DNA of 64,000 nt from Desulfurococcaceae archaeon (lineage in GTDB: Archaea > Thermoproteota > Thermoprotei_A > Sulfolobales > Desulfurococcaceae), in contig JAWAJB010000001.1 of the NCBI GenBank assembly GCA_038888155.1, forward strand, positions 128,001-192,000. Reading direction: 5' to 3'. The position numbers and the translations under genes were made by a program. Shown here in pieces: positions 20,449 to 30,513 of this stretch. The notes under the pieces are model-generated. The model had not been told where the DNA came from. It searched no databases and worked only from the letters and a program-made list of their open reading frames with translations. The stretch's first letter is position 1. Each line of letters starts with the position of its first letter.

Positions 20449-20721
20449 ATTAATATCGCCTCAGGCTTCAGTGCTCATTTCCTGGATCTTTAATCTACAG
20501 TTGTAATTTTAAATACTTACAAGTTCCTGAAGTTTGAGGGATAAGATCTCAAAAGTGAATTGCAGAAGAATTTCAAAAAGCTCTTCGCGAAATCAAAAGC
20601 GCACACGGCCGATCCCCGCCAATAAAGTTAATAAACACTATTAAGAAACACCTCACGAGTTTTCTTGTAAAGGTATTATTACCCGTAGTTGGGAAACAAA
20701 CGAATTGAGCCATGGCTCTTG

Positions 20722-21465
20722 CTAGGCAGTTTCAAAGGGTGCAAGTAGATAAACTACTCTCCCTATTCCAACCGAGAACTCTGCCTTTAGCGGCATTTTG
20801 TTAGCGAACTGAAGAGATACCATGTCCGATACTTTAGAGATACCAAGTATGTTTACAATCTTAGCCGTGTCGTAAATTGAACTAGCTGGCTCGAGAACCT
20901 CTAAGTTAATAAGTGCCTGAGAGCCTGTAGAGAACTTCGTTTCAACTCTACCTGTACCTGATGATCTTATAATTAGGGCGTCTTGAGTCGCGCTAATTTC
21001 TGTGTTGCCGCCTATAGCTTCAATGTCCTCAATTGCTTTTTTTAGCGATTGAGTCATTATTTTCGCCGTCACGGTGAAGTTCAAGCTTAGCTCGGGAATT
21101 TCCGGCAAAGGTACGTCCAGGTTCCTGAATTTGTATTTCCTACTCAAAATGCCGCCAGAGCCTATATTAAACTTGACATAGTCGCCTTCAGGCTCAATAG
21201 CTAAATTTTCTCCTTTCTTTATGTGCTTGAATATTCTCCCTATATTGTTTACTGAAATACCAATATTGTAAACATCAGAGACATCGTACTCGAGAAACAT
21301 ATCTTTGGGGAAGAACACGTCTATCATCGACGACTGATCGACGTCAAGAGCTTTTATGCTTAAGCCCTCTTGGGAGAGCCTTATTGACAGCTCCTCGGCT
21401 ATTTTACCAACAGCTTCAATGACGTCCCTGAATAATTTCGCCTCTGGTAAGACAACTCGCGTCAA
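20722..21465 (-). CDS. pcn: DNA polymerase sliding clamp PCNA (one of the crenarchaeal paralogs)
   Basis: 247 aa, GL.IKALD....MID, F.EY, C-terminal P.K.EF......YLLAP. Confidence 0.92.
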   Translation of the reverse strand: MTRVVLPEAKLFRDVIEAVGKIAEELSIRLSQEGLSIKALDVDQSSMIDVFFPKDMFLEYDVSDVYNIGISVNNIGRIFKHIKKGENLAIEPEGDYVKFNIGSGGILSRKYKFRNLDVPLPEIPELSLNFTVTAKIMTQSLKKAIEDIEAIGGNTEISATQDALIIRSSGTGRVETKFSTGSQALINLEVLEPASSIYDTAKIVNILGISKVSDMVSLQFANKMPLKAEFSVGIGRVVYLLAPFETA

Positions 21466-21528
21466 AATATCACCAACTTTTAAAATCTAACTCCTAGACT
21501 TAAAACCTCTCTCATCACAATTGACTTG

Positions 21529-22200
21529 CTAATTGGTGTTAATTGGAATTGGGGTTACGCCAAAGAAGTCCATAATATCGTATTTCTCGCGGATAAACTG
21601 GGGCAACTCCTTGATTGATACTATCAAGACTCCTTTATGAAGTCTTAAACTGGGAGTTAGGAGGGTTACTATTAGTGGTATAATATTCCTTGTTTTTTCA
21701 AGTACCCTGTACCTCGATGTTGCATAGAGAAAATACTTGGCAAATTTATGGATTCTCTCCTGGTGCTTTGTTGCAGCATCTGCTAGTTTTGCTCCACTGG
21801 AGACAGACCAGTGCTTGCAGTCAACCGCTAAGCTAAAACCAGTTGCTGTATCTATTCCCAAGATATCTATTTCAAATCTAACTGGGCGTGTTATCTTTAC
21901 CCCATGAACTACTTCGAAATTGAATTCGCTGAGAACGTAAGATGATATTACTTCGAAATCCTTCCAGCTGAGGTACTCGCTTATTTGTTCAATCCTTAAG
22001 CCTCGACTTAGTAATTTTAATGCAATAGAAATGGGATCAGTTGCTATAATTTCCTCGCCGTTGATCATAACCGAGTCAGAGTTGCTGCTGAGAATATTCA
22101 GTAAAAATTGATCAGAGTATCCAGTTAGACCTACGAGCTCCCCCAGCATTATTTTTCTATATTTTAAAATCATTAAGAGCACTTTTTCATCAGATTTCAT
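21529..22200 (-). CDS. Mrr-like PD-(D/E)XK restriction endonuclease-fold protein
   Basis: LSWKDFE, EIDILG, AVDCKHW motifs. Confidence 0.75.
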   Translation of the reverse strand: MKSDEKVLLMILKYRKIMLGELVGLTGYSDQFLLNILSSNSDSVMINGEEIIATDPISIALKLLSRGLRIEQISEYLSWKDFEVISSYVLSEFNFEVVHGVKITRPVRFEIDILGIDTATGFSLAVDCKHWSVSSGAKLADAATKHQERIHKFAKYFLYATSRYRVLEKTRNIIPLIVTLLTPSLRLHKGVLIVSIKELPQFIREKYDIMDFFGVTPIPINTN

Positions 22201-22292
22201 GTCGGCTTTTACCTAACCATTTTACTTACCTGTTCCTATAACAGAATATTCATTTATTACTCTTACAAATATTTGCTTGAGTGGTGTAACCC

Positions 22293-23270
22293 GTGGGTAG
22301 CGAACTTTTTGAAGCAACTAGGAACCAAGTGTTGCAAGAAGAAGTGCTTGACTTCACAATTGGGGACGACATGTCTCTGTGCGAGCTTATAGAGAGCTAT
22401 GGTAAGTCGCACGGATTTATGGCCAGCCACATATACAAAGCAAGCAAAATACTTTCAAATATGATTAGAGATCAAGACGCTACACGCATACTGTCGTTTA
22501 CAGGCAATATTGTGTCGACGGGCTTGAGGGGTGTTATTGCACAGCTCATCCGCGAAGGAATATTTCACGCAGTCATTACAACTTGTGGAACAATTGACCA
22601 CGACATAGCTAGAGGGTCGGGATACAAGTATTATAGGGGAGATTGGACCTACGATGATACGATGTTGCACGCTATTGGTATACACAGACTTGGAAACATC
22701 CTAATCCCGACAGAGAACTACGGTTTGGCCGTTGAGAAATTTGCACGAGGTCTACTAGAAGATCTCGCCAAAGTGAAGAAAAAGTGGAGCGCTTGGGAAG
22801 TGTTATACGAGGCTGGTAGAAGAATAAAGGATAACAACAGCATTTTAAGTGCTTCTTACGAGCGCAAAGTACCTGTATTTGTGCCCGGGATATACGATGG
22901 CGCTTTTGGTTCGCAGATCGTATTTAATTTCCACTCATATGGCGTAGATATAGATCTGCTCTCCGATGAAAGGAAGATCATGGAACTAGTCGTTTCTTCG
23001 AAAAAACTGGGTGCGCTAATTATAGGCGGGGGTATTAGCAAGCACCATACTATTTGGTGGGCCCAGCTTAAGGGAGGCCTTGATTACGCAATATATATTA
23101 CAACTGCAGTGGAGTACGATGGGAGTCTTAGCGGGGCCCACCCGAGGGAGGCAATTACTTGGGGCAAAGTAAAGCCGGATAGCAAGCACATTTTAGTTCA
23201 TGGAGATGCTACTGTTGTACTGCCTCTTGTTGTTGCTGGTTCAAAGTGCATGTTAAGGATGACAAGTTAA
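22293..23270 (+). CDS. dys: Deoxyhypusine synthase
   Basis: FTGNIVSTG, HRLGNI, GGGISKH, DGSLSGA, EAITWGK (catalytic Lys). Confidence 0.96.
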   Translation: MGSELFEATRNQVLQEEVLDFTIGDDMSLCELIESYGKSHGFMASHIYKASKILSNMIRDQDATRILSFTGNIVSTGLRGVIAQLIREGIFHAVITTCGTIDHDIARGSGYKYYRGDWTYDDTMLHAIGIHRLGNILIPTENYGLAVEKFARGLLEDLAKVKKKWSAWEVLYEAGRRIKDNNSILSASYERKVPVFVPGIYDGAFGSQIVFNFHSYGVDIDLLSDERKIMELVVSSKKLGALIIGGGISKHHTIWWAQLKGGLDYAIYITTAVEYDGSLSGAHPREAITWGKVKPDSKHILVHGDATVVLPLVVAGSKCMLRMTS

Positions 23271-24613
23271 TGGAAGTTCACATTGGATTAGATGATATTG
23301 ATTCAATAAAGGGAGGTTGTACCACTCATTTCGCAGTGAAGATAGCTTGGGAGCTATATAGGAAAGGCGCAAATTTCCTCGATTATCTCAATATAATAAG
23401 GCTGAACCCAGCTGTGCCTTGGAAAACTCGCGGAAACGGCGCTGTAGCAGTAAGGCTTCAAGCTAGATCTCCAGAAGAAGTAAAAGACTTGTGGGAGTTC
23501 TTAGTATGCGAGCTAGAAGATTATATTAGTGAATTGCAGGACCAGAAGCATCAACCGAGCATTGTACTATACGAGGGCACCGTCCCACCAGAGTTCGCCT
23601 CGATTGCAAGAAAAGCGCTCTGTGACTTAGTTCCAATAGAGCTTGTATTAAGAGTCTTGGAGAACTACACGAACGCTAGAATATATGCTCCCCGTGGAAA
23701 GAGGGGCGTTATAGGAGCTGTCGCTGCGATAGGGTACACAATGAAGAACTCCGACTACACATACGAGCTAATAGCGTACAGGAAAAGAGAGTACTGGGGA
23801 GAACCTCGCCTTGTTGATGAAAGTAGCGTTCGAGAAATAGATAAAGAATACGGCAAATACACTTTTCTAAACTACGACTACAGCAAGGACAGGGTTCTAA
23901 TTACCCCGAGGGGGCCAGATCCGATATTATATGGTTTGAGGGGGGAAGACCCTTCAATTTTACTTAGCGCATCTAAAAAGCTAAGGGTGTATGAACCAAT
24001 TGAGTACATTGCGATTTTTAGAACAAATCAACATACAGATAGCCACATTTGTGGCGTAAGTAGCATTTGCGATATAAGGCCATATATGTGTGTCTCGGTT
24101 AGAGGCGTAGTCAAATCTAAGCCGAGAAGAGGGGTTGGTGGCCACTTGTTCTTCAACATATGCGACGACAAGTGTTGCATAGCTGTCGCTGTTTATGAGC
24201 CCACAAAGGGGTTTAGAAACACAGTAGAGCAACTTGAGGTCGACGACGAGGTAGAGGCACTCGGTTGCATTAGGCCCCCAGGACCTACCCATGGGCTAAC
24301 TCTCAACCTCGAGAAAATCAAGGTAGTTAAACTTGTCCCGAAAGTTATATATGAGAATCCTAGGTGCCCTAAATGTAGCGCAAGAATGGAAAGCGCGGGG
24401 AAGGGGAAGGGATTTAGGTGCCCTAAATGCGGATTCCGAGATCGCTCCATTTCAAAGATACCTATTAATATTGAGAGGCAGTTGAAGCCAGGCTGGTATC
24501 AACCGCCGCCAAGCGCCTTTAAGCACTTAATGAAACCTATTGCTAGGTTTGGACGAGAGAGAATTTCTTTTAGTGAAGCCGTCATAGGTGCATTCATATT
24601 TAAGTACGAGTAA
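23270..24613 (+). CDS. tiaS: tRNA(Ile2) agmatinylcytidine synthetase
   Basis: IGLDD.DS..GGCTT, RLNP..PWKTRGN, GPDPILYGLRG, TNQHTD, OB-fold YEPT, Zn ribbon CPKC..CPKC; ATG overlaps dys stop. Confidence 0.95.
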   Translation: MEVHIGLDDIDSIKGGCTTHFAVKIAWELYRKGANFLDYLNIIRLNPAVPWKTRGNGAVAVRLQARSPEEVKDLWEFLVCELEDYISELQDQKHQPSIVLYEGTVPPEFASIARKALCDLVPIELVLRVLENYTNARIYAPRGKRGVIGAVAAIGYTMKNSDYTYELIAYRKREYWGEPRLVDESSVREIDKEYGKYTFLNYDYSKDRVLITPRGPDPILYGLRGEDPSILLSASKKLRVYEPIEYIAIFRTNQHTDSHICGVSSICDIRPYMCVSVRGVVKSKPRRGVGGHLFFNICDDKCCIAVAVYEPTKGFRNTVEQLEVDDEVEALGCIRPPGPTHGLTLNLEKIKVVKLVPKVIYENPRCPKCSARMESAGKGKGFRCPKCGFRDRSISKIPINIERQLKPGWYQPPPSAFKHLMKPIARFGRERISFSEAVIGAFIFKYE

Positions 24614-24795
24614 GTTATTCGCGAGCCCCTTGTTTTAATTCGCTCGGGACCCGTTGAATTTCAGAGCGAAGATTTACTATTAGCACAAGGTTCTTAGAAG
24701 CTATGAGTCCAACTTACTTTGCTGGTTGCCTATCAAGTTAAGGCATAAATGTTGAGCAAAATATGAAAAACATAACTTTATTGTAAAGAGCACGG

Positions 24796-25653
24796 CTATT
24801 TTAGGTTGGCCTTTAAGCTTTCGATTGCATTGCAAGCCATTGATGCAATTTCTATAGTATTAAGCATTTTTCTAGCAGAGCTAGCAATAAACCTCACAGT
24901 ATATGCATCCAATCTCTCCATAATATCCCACTCCTCCAGCAAGTCTGCAACTACTGAATCGCGGAACACTAGCTCGACTTTGTAGGGCTTGCTGAGCTCT
25001 ACAGTTCTCACAGCACCATCTCTAACTTTGCTGGATGCCTCTTTTACTCCCGCCCTTACGCTCTTCTCAATATATTCAAGGCTGGGGTAGAGAGCCGAGT
25101 ACCTTGAAACGCCCTTCTTTAGCGGTACAAAAACTACCCACGGCGCATGAAGCTCTACATCTTTCCTTAAGTGCTCATCACCAGCTAGGAAAGCTACAGG
25201 TACTCCTATCTCTCCAGCATATAATGAGTTTAGAAGAAATTCACTAGCTCTCACACCGTTAACTCGTATCTCTGCAAATGCCCGCCCATTCAACGTGTGC
25301 TCAAGGATTCCGTGAGGCGTTCCAGCTGCAGCGTGGTACCCAAGGAATAACACTGCTGTAAAACTTTTATCAATTGATGAAACCATGCTAAACGGTCTGG
25401 GATACCCCTGTAGAACGTGAACTCTGCTATCTAGCTCTAGGTACTCAAGGTTTGTCATTAGACCGTGACTGTCTGACACAAAGACTTCGTTAAATCCGTT
25501 GTTATATAATTCATCTACAGCTACGTTAGTTACCTTAGTCATTATTTTGGATGCTCTAGCGAATTGGCTACCCCAAGGACTTGTCATTGTTCCTGAGACT
25601 ACGCCAGGCATTCCCTCAATGTCAACCGATATATATGCTTTCATACACATCAC
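24796..25653 (-). CDS. M55 family D-aminopeptidase (DppA-like)
   Basis: ISVDIEG, DSHG, GYHA, LEHT, SEF.LN, AGD. Confidence 0.93.
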   Translation of the reverse strand: MMCMKAYISVDIEGMPGVVSGTMTSPWGSQFARASKIMTKVTNVAVDELYNNGFNEVFVSDSHGLMTNLEYLELDSRVHVLQGYPRPFSMVSSIDKSFTAVLFLGYHAAAGTPHGILEHTLNGRAFAEIRVNGVRASEFLLNSLYAGEIGVPVAFLAGDEHLRKDVELHAPWVVFVPLKKGVSRYSALYPSLEYIEKSVRAGVKEASSKVRDGAVRTVELSKPYKVELVFRDSVVADLLEEWDIMERLDAYTVRFIASSARKMLNTIEIASMACNAIESLKANLK

Positions 25654-25788
25654 CCTGTTAGATTACCACTTAGTTAAATAAAATAGATGACTTGTGAACT
25701 ATATTAGCTAATTCATGACAAAGTAACCATGAGCGCCGTATTTATGGGAAACTTTTGTTAATCTAAATATTGAATTATTGTTGAAGAT

Positions 25789-26532
25789 GTGAGTGTTGTG
25801 GTCGCTATAAACACGCGCGTAAGTACAGAACTGGAGCAGAGTAAGGAGGTAGCAGCTAGGGAAGCTTGTAAGATATTTAGCTCATTTGCAGATGAAGTTA
25901 GAGTGTTGGGCTTAGGTACAGGTACAAGCGTTAAGAAGTTCATAGATGTGTGTTTGGAGTTTCTCAAACTAAAAGAAATAGTTGCTTCTTCTCTTGATAC
26001 GGTATTGTACTTAACCAGGTATAACGTGAAAGCCATAGATTTGCTGTCCGTTGGTGGAGTGGATACCTACATAGATGGTGCTGATGAAGTTAGCGAGAGA
26101 CTCGATTTAATTAAAGGCCGCGGTGCAGCTCTACTTCGAGAGAAAACGCTAGCCTATATGTCCAATAAAAGAATATACATTGTAGATTACACAAAGTACA
26201 ATGGAGTTGATTACTTATACACTAAACACGTCCCAATAGAGGTTATACCCCCAGCCCTCAACTACGTTTTAAAGATCATCAGAGGGGCGGGGCTATTTGA
26301 GCCGTTGGTAAGATCTGGAGGAGGCAAAGACGGCCCCATTATAACGGATAACTTTAACTTTGTCGTTGATCTCAAACCGCTTAAGCCTATAACTAACGCA
26401 GCTGAAGCTCACCGCGCCCTAAAATCCATTCATGGAGTTGTGGAGACTGGTATTTTTCCATCAGAAGACCTAGTGGATCTTGTGATCATAGGATACCCCG
26501 ATAGGGCTGTGGTAATGCAGAGAAAGAGTTGA
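25789..26532 (+). CDS. rpiA: Ribose-5-phosphate isomerase A
   Basis: GLGTGTS, DGADEV, KGRGAALLREK, GKDGPIITDN, GVVETGIF. Confidence 0.95.
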   Translation: MSVVVAINTRVSTELEQSKEVAAREACKIFSSFADEVRVLGLGTGTSVKKFIDVCLEFLKLKEIVASSLDTVLYLTRYNVKAIDLLSVGGVDTYIDGADEVSERLDLIKGRGAALLREKTLAYMSNKRIYIVDYTKYNGVDYLYTKHVPIEVIPPALNYVLKIIRGAGLFEPLVRSGGGKDGPIITDNFNFVVDLKPLKPITNAAEAHRALKSIHGVVETGIFPSEDLVDLVIIGYPDRAVVMQRKS

Positions 26533-26593
26533 CGAAATGCTTTACTTTGACTGCAGCAATTTGGAGAGATTTAATAACTTACCGTGATGTAAT

Positions 26594-27031
26594 TTGAAGA
26601 GAATTACTCATGCGATTTTCGCTGTTGCTTTCCTGTCAACTACTAATTTGTGGAGAACAGGTTATGTATCCTTATATGCGTTCATAGCAATCCTTGGATC
26701 AATGGTACCGGATTTTGATTTAAAGTTGGAGCATAGAAAACTACTTCACAATATATTCATTCCTCTGCTAATATCAATAGCGATTTATTATATTCCTTTT
26801 CCTTTTACATATCCTAAGTTCCAATGCGTGGCGTCTTTACTCATTGGCTGGCTAAGCCACATTATACTAGACTTAATAACGATTAGGGGGGTGTACCTAA
26901 TCTACCCCCTAATCGACAAAAGTTTCAGCCTAAAGCTGTGCAGGAGCGATAGCGCTCTGTGGAACACTCTAATATCGGTGGCATCCCTTCTCGTTATAGC
27001 CTCTGGGATAAGATCGCTTGTTTACCCTTAA
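26594..27031 (+). CDS. Membrane metal-dependent hydrolase (YdjM/DUF457-like)
   Basis: TH, PDFD, HR.L.HN, SH..LD motifs with TM segments. Confidence 0.8.
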   Translation: MKRITHAIFAVAFLSTTNLWRTGYVSLYAFIAILGSMVPDFDLKLEHRKLLHNIFIPLLISIAIYYIPFPFTYPKFQCVASLLIGWLSHIILDLITIRGVYLIYPLIDKSFSLKLCRSDSALWNTLISVASLLVIASGIRSLVYP

Positions 27032-28503
27032 GGCTTTTTGAGAAAGGCTCTATATGCTAAGAAGCCTAGTAGGATACAAATTGCGACGTTAATCAGCAAG
27101 CCACCAGTTATGTACATGTATGATGTTCTCATCGTGTCCTCTGCGGCTTTCCGCACCAGCTCAACGTCCATCAACTTCACCTGAAGTATATCCCTTTCGC
27201 TTTCGCACTTTGATAGCCTGCTCTCTACATTATTCAGTGTTGTATTTAGTTGAGCAACTGTGGCGCGAAGATCGTTAACGTCTTTCTCCAAGTCTTTAAC
27301 TCTGCTAGCTAATTCTAGCCCTCCAATATTTCTTAGCGGTAATGCCGAGCTGAATGAGAAAAGTACCCCGATTGCCTGGGAGACAGAGACCTCGCTTGCA
27401 ACTCCGCTACTGGAAAGGCATGTAGATGCATAAACTATTGAGGGTGCCTCTTCGTTGACATCTAAAAACAGCGCTAGGTAATTAGGCTTCTTGAGCGCTG
27501 TGTACTTGGTTAAAGTAGATAAAATCATATCATAAAGTCTTTCCTGAAAGCCGCGCATATGCTCTTCTCCTAAGATGAGCTTTACTAATGAAAGGTTGGG
27601 GACGTACATTATGTAAACTCTGTTATCAGTGTCTACAAGTGCACGGCTCAATATAACTTGAATTGAATCAATTGATTGGTTTAACCACCACAACTTAACC
27701 TCATCGGGAAGACTCCGAGCTAAGTCAATGTTGTTGAGCAATAGATGCCAGTGAGTTGTAATACCCTCAAGCTCTCCTATTCCGCGAGATGTAGAGCCAG
27801 AGCTTCTAATAGCCCCCGGGAAAAACAGCTTAACGCTTTTACCTGAAACATCGAAAGCGTAGAACGATATGTAATAAATGCCGCTCCTTTGATCTATTTT
27901 AGTGGCATTGAGCCTCAGAGGGCCGAGTGCCCTGCTCAATGATACATTGTGCGTTACAAGTGTAAGATTATAGGATGAAAGGACAACGTAAAGCTCGTCG
28001 CCCGAGGAAATTATCCCTATATCCGTGTTTAACTCATCCCAGAATACCGAGCTATTAGTTTCAATTTCAAAAACTTTTGGGGGAATGAGGGCATAGGCGG
28101 CGTTGATTGTCGGGTTTATGGCGGCGCTGTGAGCGCTGGGGTCAACAATAGGAATATCGATTAGTGTGCTATTGCTCCAAATAGCTGAAATTCTCGTTTG
28201 GTTAACTTCACTAATATTGATGTCGTGTAATGAAAAATCTGAGAGAGTTGGCCTGCTACCAGTTATTAGCCAATATAGGTAAAAATCTGCAGAAGCATTT
28301 GCCTCTCTGTAGAGTGGAGTTGTGTACGCACTTAAGCCGCTAGCAACTGCCTTCTCAGCTAATAACTGCGGATTTCCCCAAGGTATATAGAAAATGAATA
28401 GGTACTCATAATTACACTGGGCTGAGGTAATTGCAGCATTTAAGCTAATGACTATAAGCAAAAACATGAAAGCGCTGAAGATCTTCCCCATGTTTATATC
28501 CAC
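27028..28503 (-). CDS. Secreted, C-terminally membrane-anchored surface glycoprotein with coiled-coil stalk
   Basis: Signal peptide, many N-x-S/T sequons, heptad region RVKDLEKDVNDLRATVAQLNTTLNNVESRL, C-terminal TM + KKP. Confidence 0.7.
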   Translation of the reverse strand: MDINMGKIFSAFMFLLIVISLNAAITSAQCNYEYLFIFYIPWGNPQLLAEKAVASGLSAYTTPLYREANASADFYLYWLITGSRPTLSDFSLHDINISEVNQTRISAIWSNSTLIDIPIVDPSAHSAAINPTINAAYALIPPKVFEIETNSSVFWDELNTDIGIISSGDELYVVLSSYNLTLVTHNVSLSRALGPLRLNATKIDQRSGIYYISFYAFDVSGKSVKLFFPGAIRSSGSTSRGIGELEGITTHWHLLLNNIDLARSLPDEVKLWWLNQSIDSIQVILSRALVDTDNRVYIMYVPNLSLVKLILGEEHMRGFQERLYDMILSTLTKYTALKKPNYLALFLDVNEEAPSIVYASTCLSSSGVASEVSVSQAIGVLFSFSSALPLRNIGGLELASRVKDLEKDVNDLRATVAQLNTTLNNVESRLSKCESERDILQVKLMDVELVRKAAEDTMRTSYMYITGGLLINVAICILLGFLAYRAFLKKP

Positions 28504-28585
28504 CTAGAGCTAGTTATTCTAAAGAGGTTATAATATAAAAGGAGTAGTAATATACGAAATTTGAGGCTCTAGAAGGAGGCATACC

Positions 28586-29512
28586 TTGAGTGCTTGGGTA
28601 AGGAGATTAACTGGTTCCGAGCTTGTATTCTCTGTCCTAGAGGAGCTAGCTAAGATCGCAGAAGAGGGAAGCAAAGATCTATTCTCGAAGAGATTAGTTG
28701 AAGTGGCTGACTACGTAATTAGCGAAAGACCTTGTTCGATGGCTATTGTAAACATGGTGCGGTCTATTTTTCTCTACCTTCTCGACAAGGGCTTCGATGG
28801 AGTTAGTAGCTATATCAATAGCCTTAAAGATAAATACAACGATACACTATGGAAAGCTTCTGAAATAGCGTCTAAACGAGTAGTCACTGGCGATAAAATA
28901 CTAACAAATAGCAATAGTTTAGCAGTAAGGAGGTTTCTCAAAATACTGCACGATCAAGGAAAAGAAATTGATCTATACATTACAGAGTCCCGACCCGGCA
29001 ACGAGGGAATACTAGTAGCCGAATACGCGGACGAACTTGGCCTAAAAGCGCACTTAATTGTTGACTCCGCTGCTAGGTTTTTCATGAAAAACGTTGATAA
29101 GGTATTCGTGGGCGCTGAAGCTATAGCTACAAATGGGGCAGTTGTCTCAAAAGTCGGCACCAGCCTAATAGCACTCGTGGCCAAGGAGGCTAGAAAAAGA
29201 TTTTTTGTAATTGCACCTAGTTACAAGTTCAGCTATGAGACTGTTTACGGAGAGCTCTTCAAAGTACCAGAGGGAGGGCTAGAGCTAATAATAGACCAAG
29301 AAAGAGACAAAAATCTTGCGCCTAGTTTCACGGCGCGAGTCCCTATCTACGATGTTACTCCACCAGAGTACATTGACGCAGTTGCGACTGAGTACGGCAT
29401 GATAGCGCCCCAAGCGTTGCCCTTGCTCGTTAGGAGCTTATGGGGAACGTACCCGCCCACAGTGACTCCACTTACTGATATACTTGTAATTTACAAGAGT
29501 TCTTGCCGATGA
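28586..29512 (+). CDS. eIF-2B/ribose-1,5-bisphosphate isomerase family paralog, probably non-catalytic
   Basis: ESRP..EG, DSA, GAE...NG.V.SKVGT, YDVTP; TNSNS in place of THC. Confidence 0.8.
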   Translation: MSAWVRRLTGSELVFSVLEELAKIAEEGSKDLFSKRLVEVADYVISERPCSMAIVNMVRSIFLYLLDKGFDGVSSYINSLKDKYNDTLWKASEIASKRVVTGDKILTNSNSLAVRRFLKILHDQGKEIDLYITESRPGNEGILVAEYADELGLKAHLIVDSAARFFMKNVDKVFVGAEAIATNGAVVSKVGTSLIALVAKEARKRFFVIAPSYKFSYETVYGELFKVPEGGLELIIDQERDKNLAPSFTARVPIYDVTPPEYIDAVATEYGMIAPQALPLLVRSLWGTYPPTVTPLTDILVIYKSSCR

Positions 29513-29521
29513 GGTGCAACT

Positions 29522-30508
29522 ATGGAGATTCCCATTGGTGTAATTCAAATAGCTAGGGATATTGAGTCTATGAAGATCAGAGGAGCTGGTAAAATAGCAA
29601 GAGCTGCGGCTGAGGCCATGATAGTAGCTGGAGTAGAGTACAATGGTCCAAGAAATATAAATGATTTCAAGGGATATGTGGCTCGAGTGGCTAAGCTACT
29701 TATATCAACTAGGCCCTCGGCTGTCAGTTTGCCAAATGCTGTAATCTATGTAATGGCACAACTGAGGAATAAGTCAAGCTACGAGGAGGCTAAAGAGTCC
29801 TTAATTTCAGCGGCTAAAAACTTTATAAGGAATTCCGAGGATGCGGTCAGAAAAATTAGCGAATTCGGGGCGAAGAGGATCAGAGATGGCTCAGTAGTTC
29901 TCACTCATTGTCATAGCTCAGCTGCAGTTGAAGTCATTGTTAATGGTTACAAACAGGGCAGAGTGGTAAAAGTTTATAGCACTGAGACAAGGCCATTCCT
30001 ACAGGGCAGGCTAACAGCCTCACATTTGATCAAATGCGGCGTCCCTACTGTTCAAATCCCCGATAGCGCTACAAGATACATTATGCACGAAGTAGATTAC
30101 GTTGTTGTAGGTGCCGACACTGTTACAAGTAATGGGGCAATTGTTAATAAAATTGGAACAAGCCAAGTGGCACTCGCAGCAAAGGAAGCTAGAACAAGAG
30201 TCTATGTGGCAGCTGAATCATATAAATTCTCTCCAATGACCCTTATAGGAGAGCTCGTTAAAATAGAGTATAGAAGCCCTGAAGAAATTGTTCCAAGGGA
30301 GTGGCTTAATAAACACCCAGAGGTAAGGGTATTAAACCCTGTCTTTGATGTAACTCCACCCGAATACGTTGATGCAATCATAACAGAGTTCGGCGTACTC
30401 CCTCCTCAGGCATCTGCACTTATATTAATCGACAAGCTGGGCTGGACTCTAGAAACCATAAAGTACTCCGAAGACATTGTATCGAACCTCGAGAAAATTA
30501 TAGGTTAA
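29522..30508 (+). CDS. Ribose-1,5-bisphosphate isomerase
   Basis: MKIRGAGKIA, TRPSAVSL.NA, LTHCHS, ETRP..QG, GAD....GA..NKIGT, NP.FDVTP. Confidence 0.92.
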   Translation: MEIPIGVIQIARDIESMKIRGAGKIARAAAEAMIVAGVEYNGPRNINDFKGYVARVAKLLISTRPSAVSLPNAVIYVMAQLRNKSSYEEAKESLISAAKNFIRNSEDAVRKISEFGAKRIRDGSVVLTHCHSSAAVEVIVNGYKQGRVVKVYSTETRPFLQGRLTASHLIKCGVPTVQIPDSATRYIMHEVDYVVVGADTVTSNGAIVNKIGTSQVALAAKEARTRVYVAAESYKFSPMTLIGELVKIEYRSPEEIVPREWLNKHPEVRVLNPVFDVTPPEYVDAIITEFGVLPPQASALILIDKLGWTLETIKYSEDIVSNLEKIIG

Positions 30509-30513
30509 GGCGA

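Noticed and set aside
20458-20486. Possible K-loop or C/D element in the PhoH leader (minus strand CAGG-AAATGA-GCA-CTGA-AG-CCTG)
   Set aside because: Spacing is non-canonical (4-nt and 2-nt unpaired segments) and no rRNA-complementary guide was recognised
20707-20718. Perfect 12-bp palindrome GAGCCATGGCTC just past the PCNA stop
   Set aside because: Single occurrence with no loop; expected by chance in 64 kb
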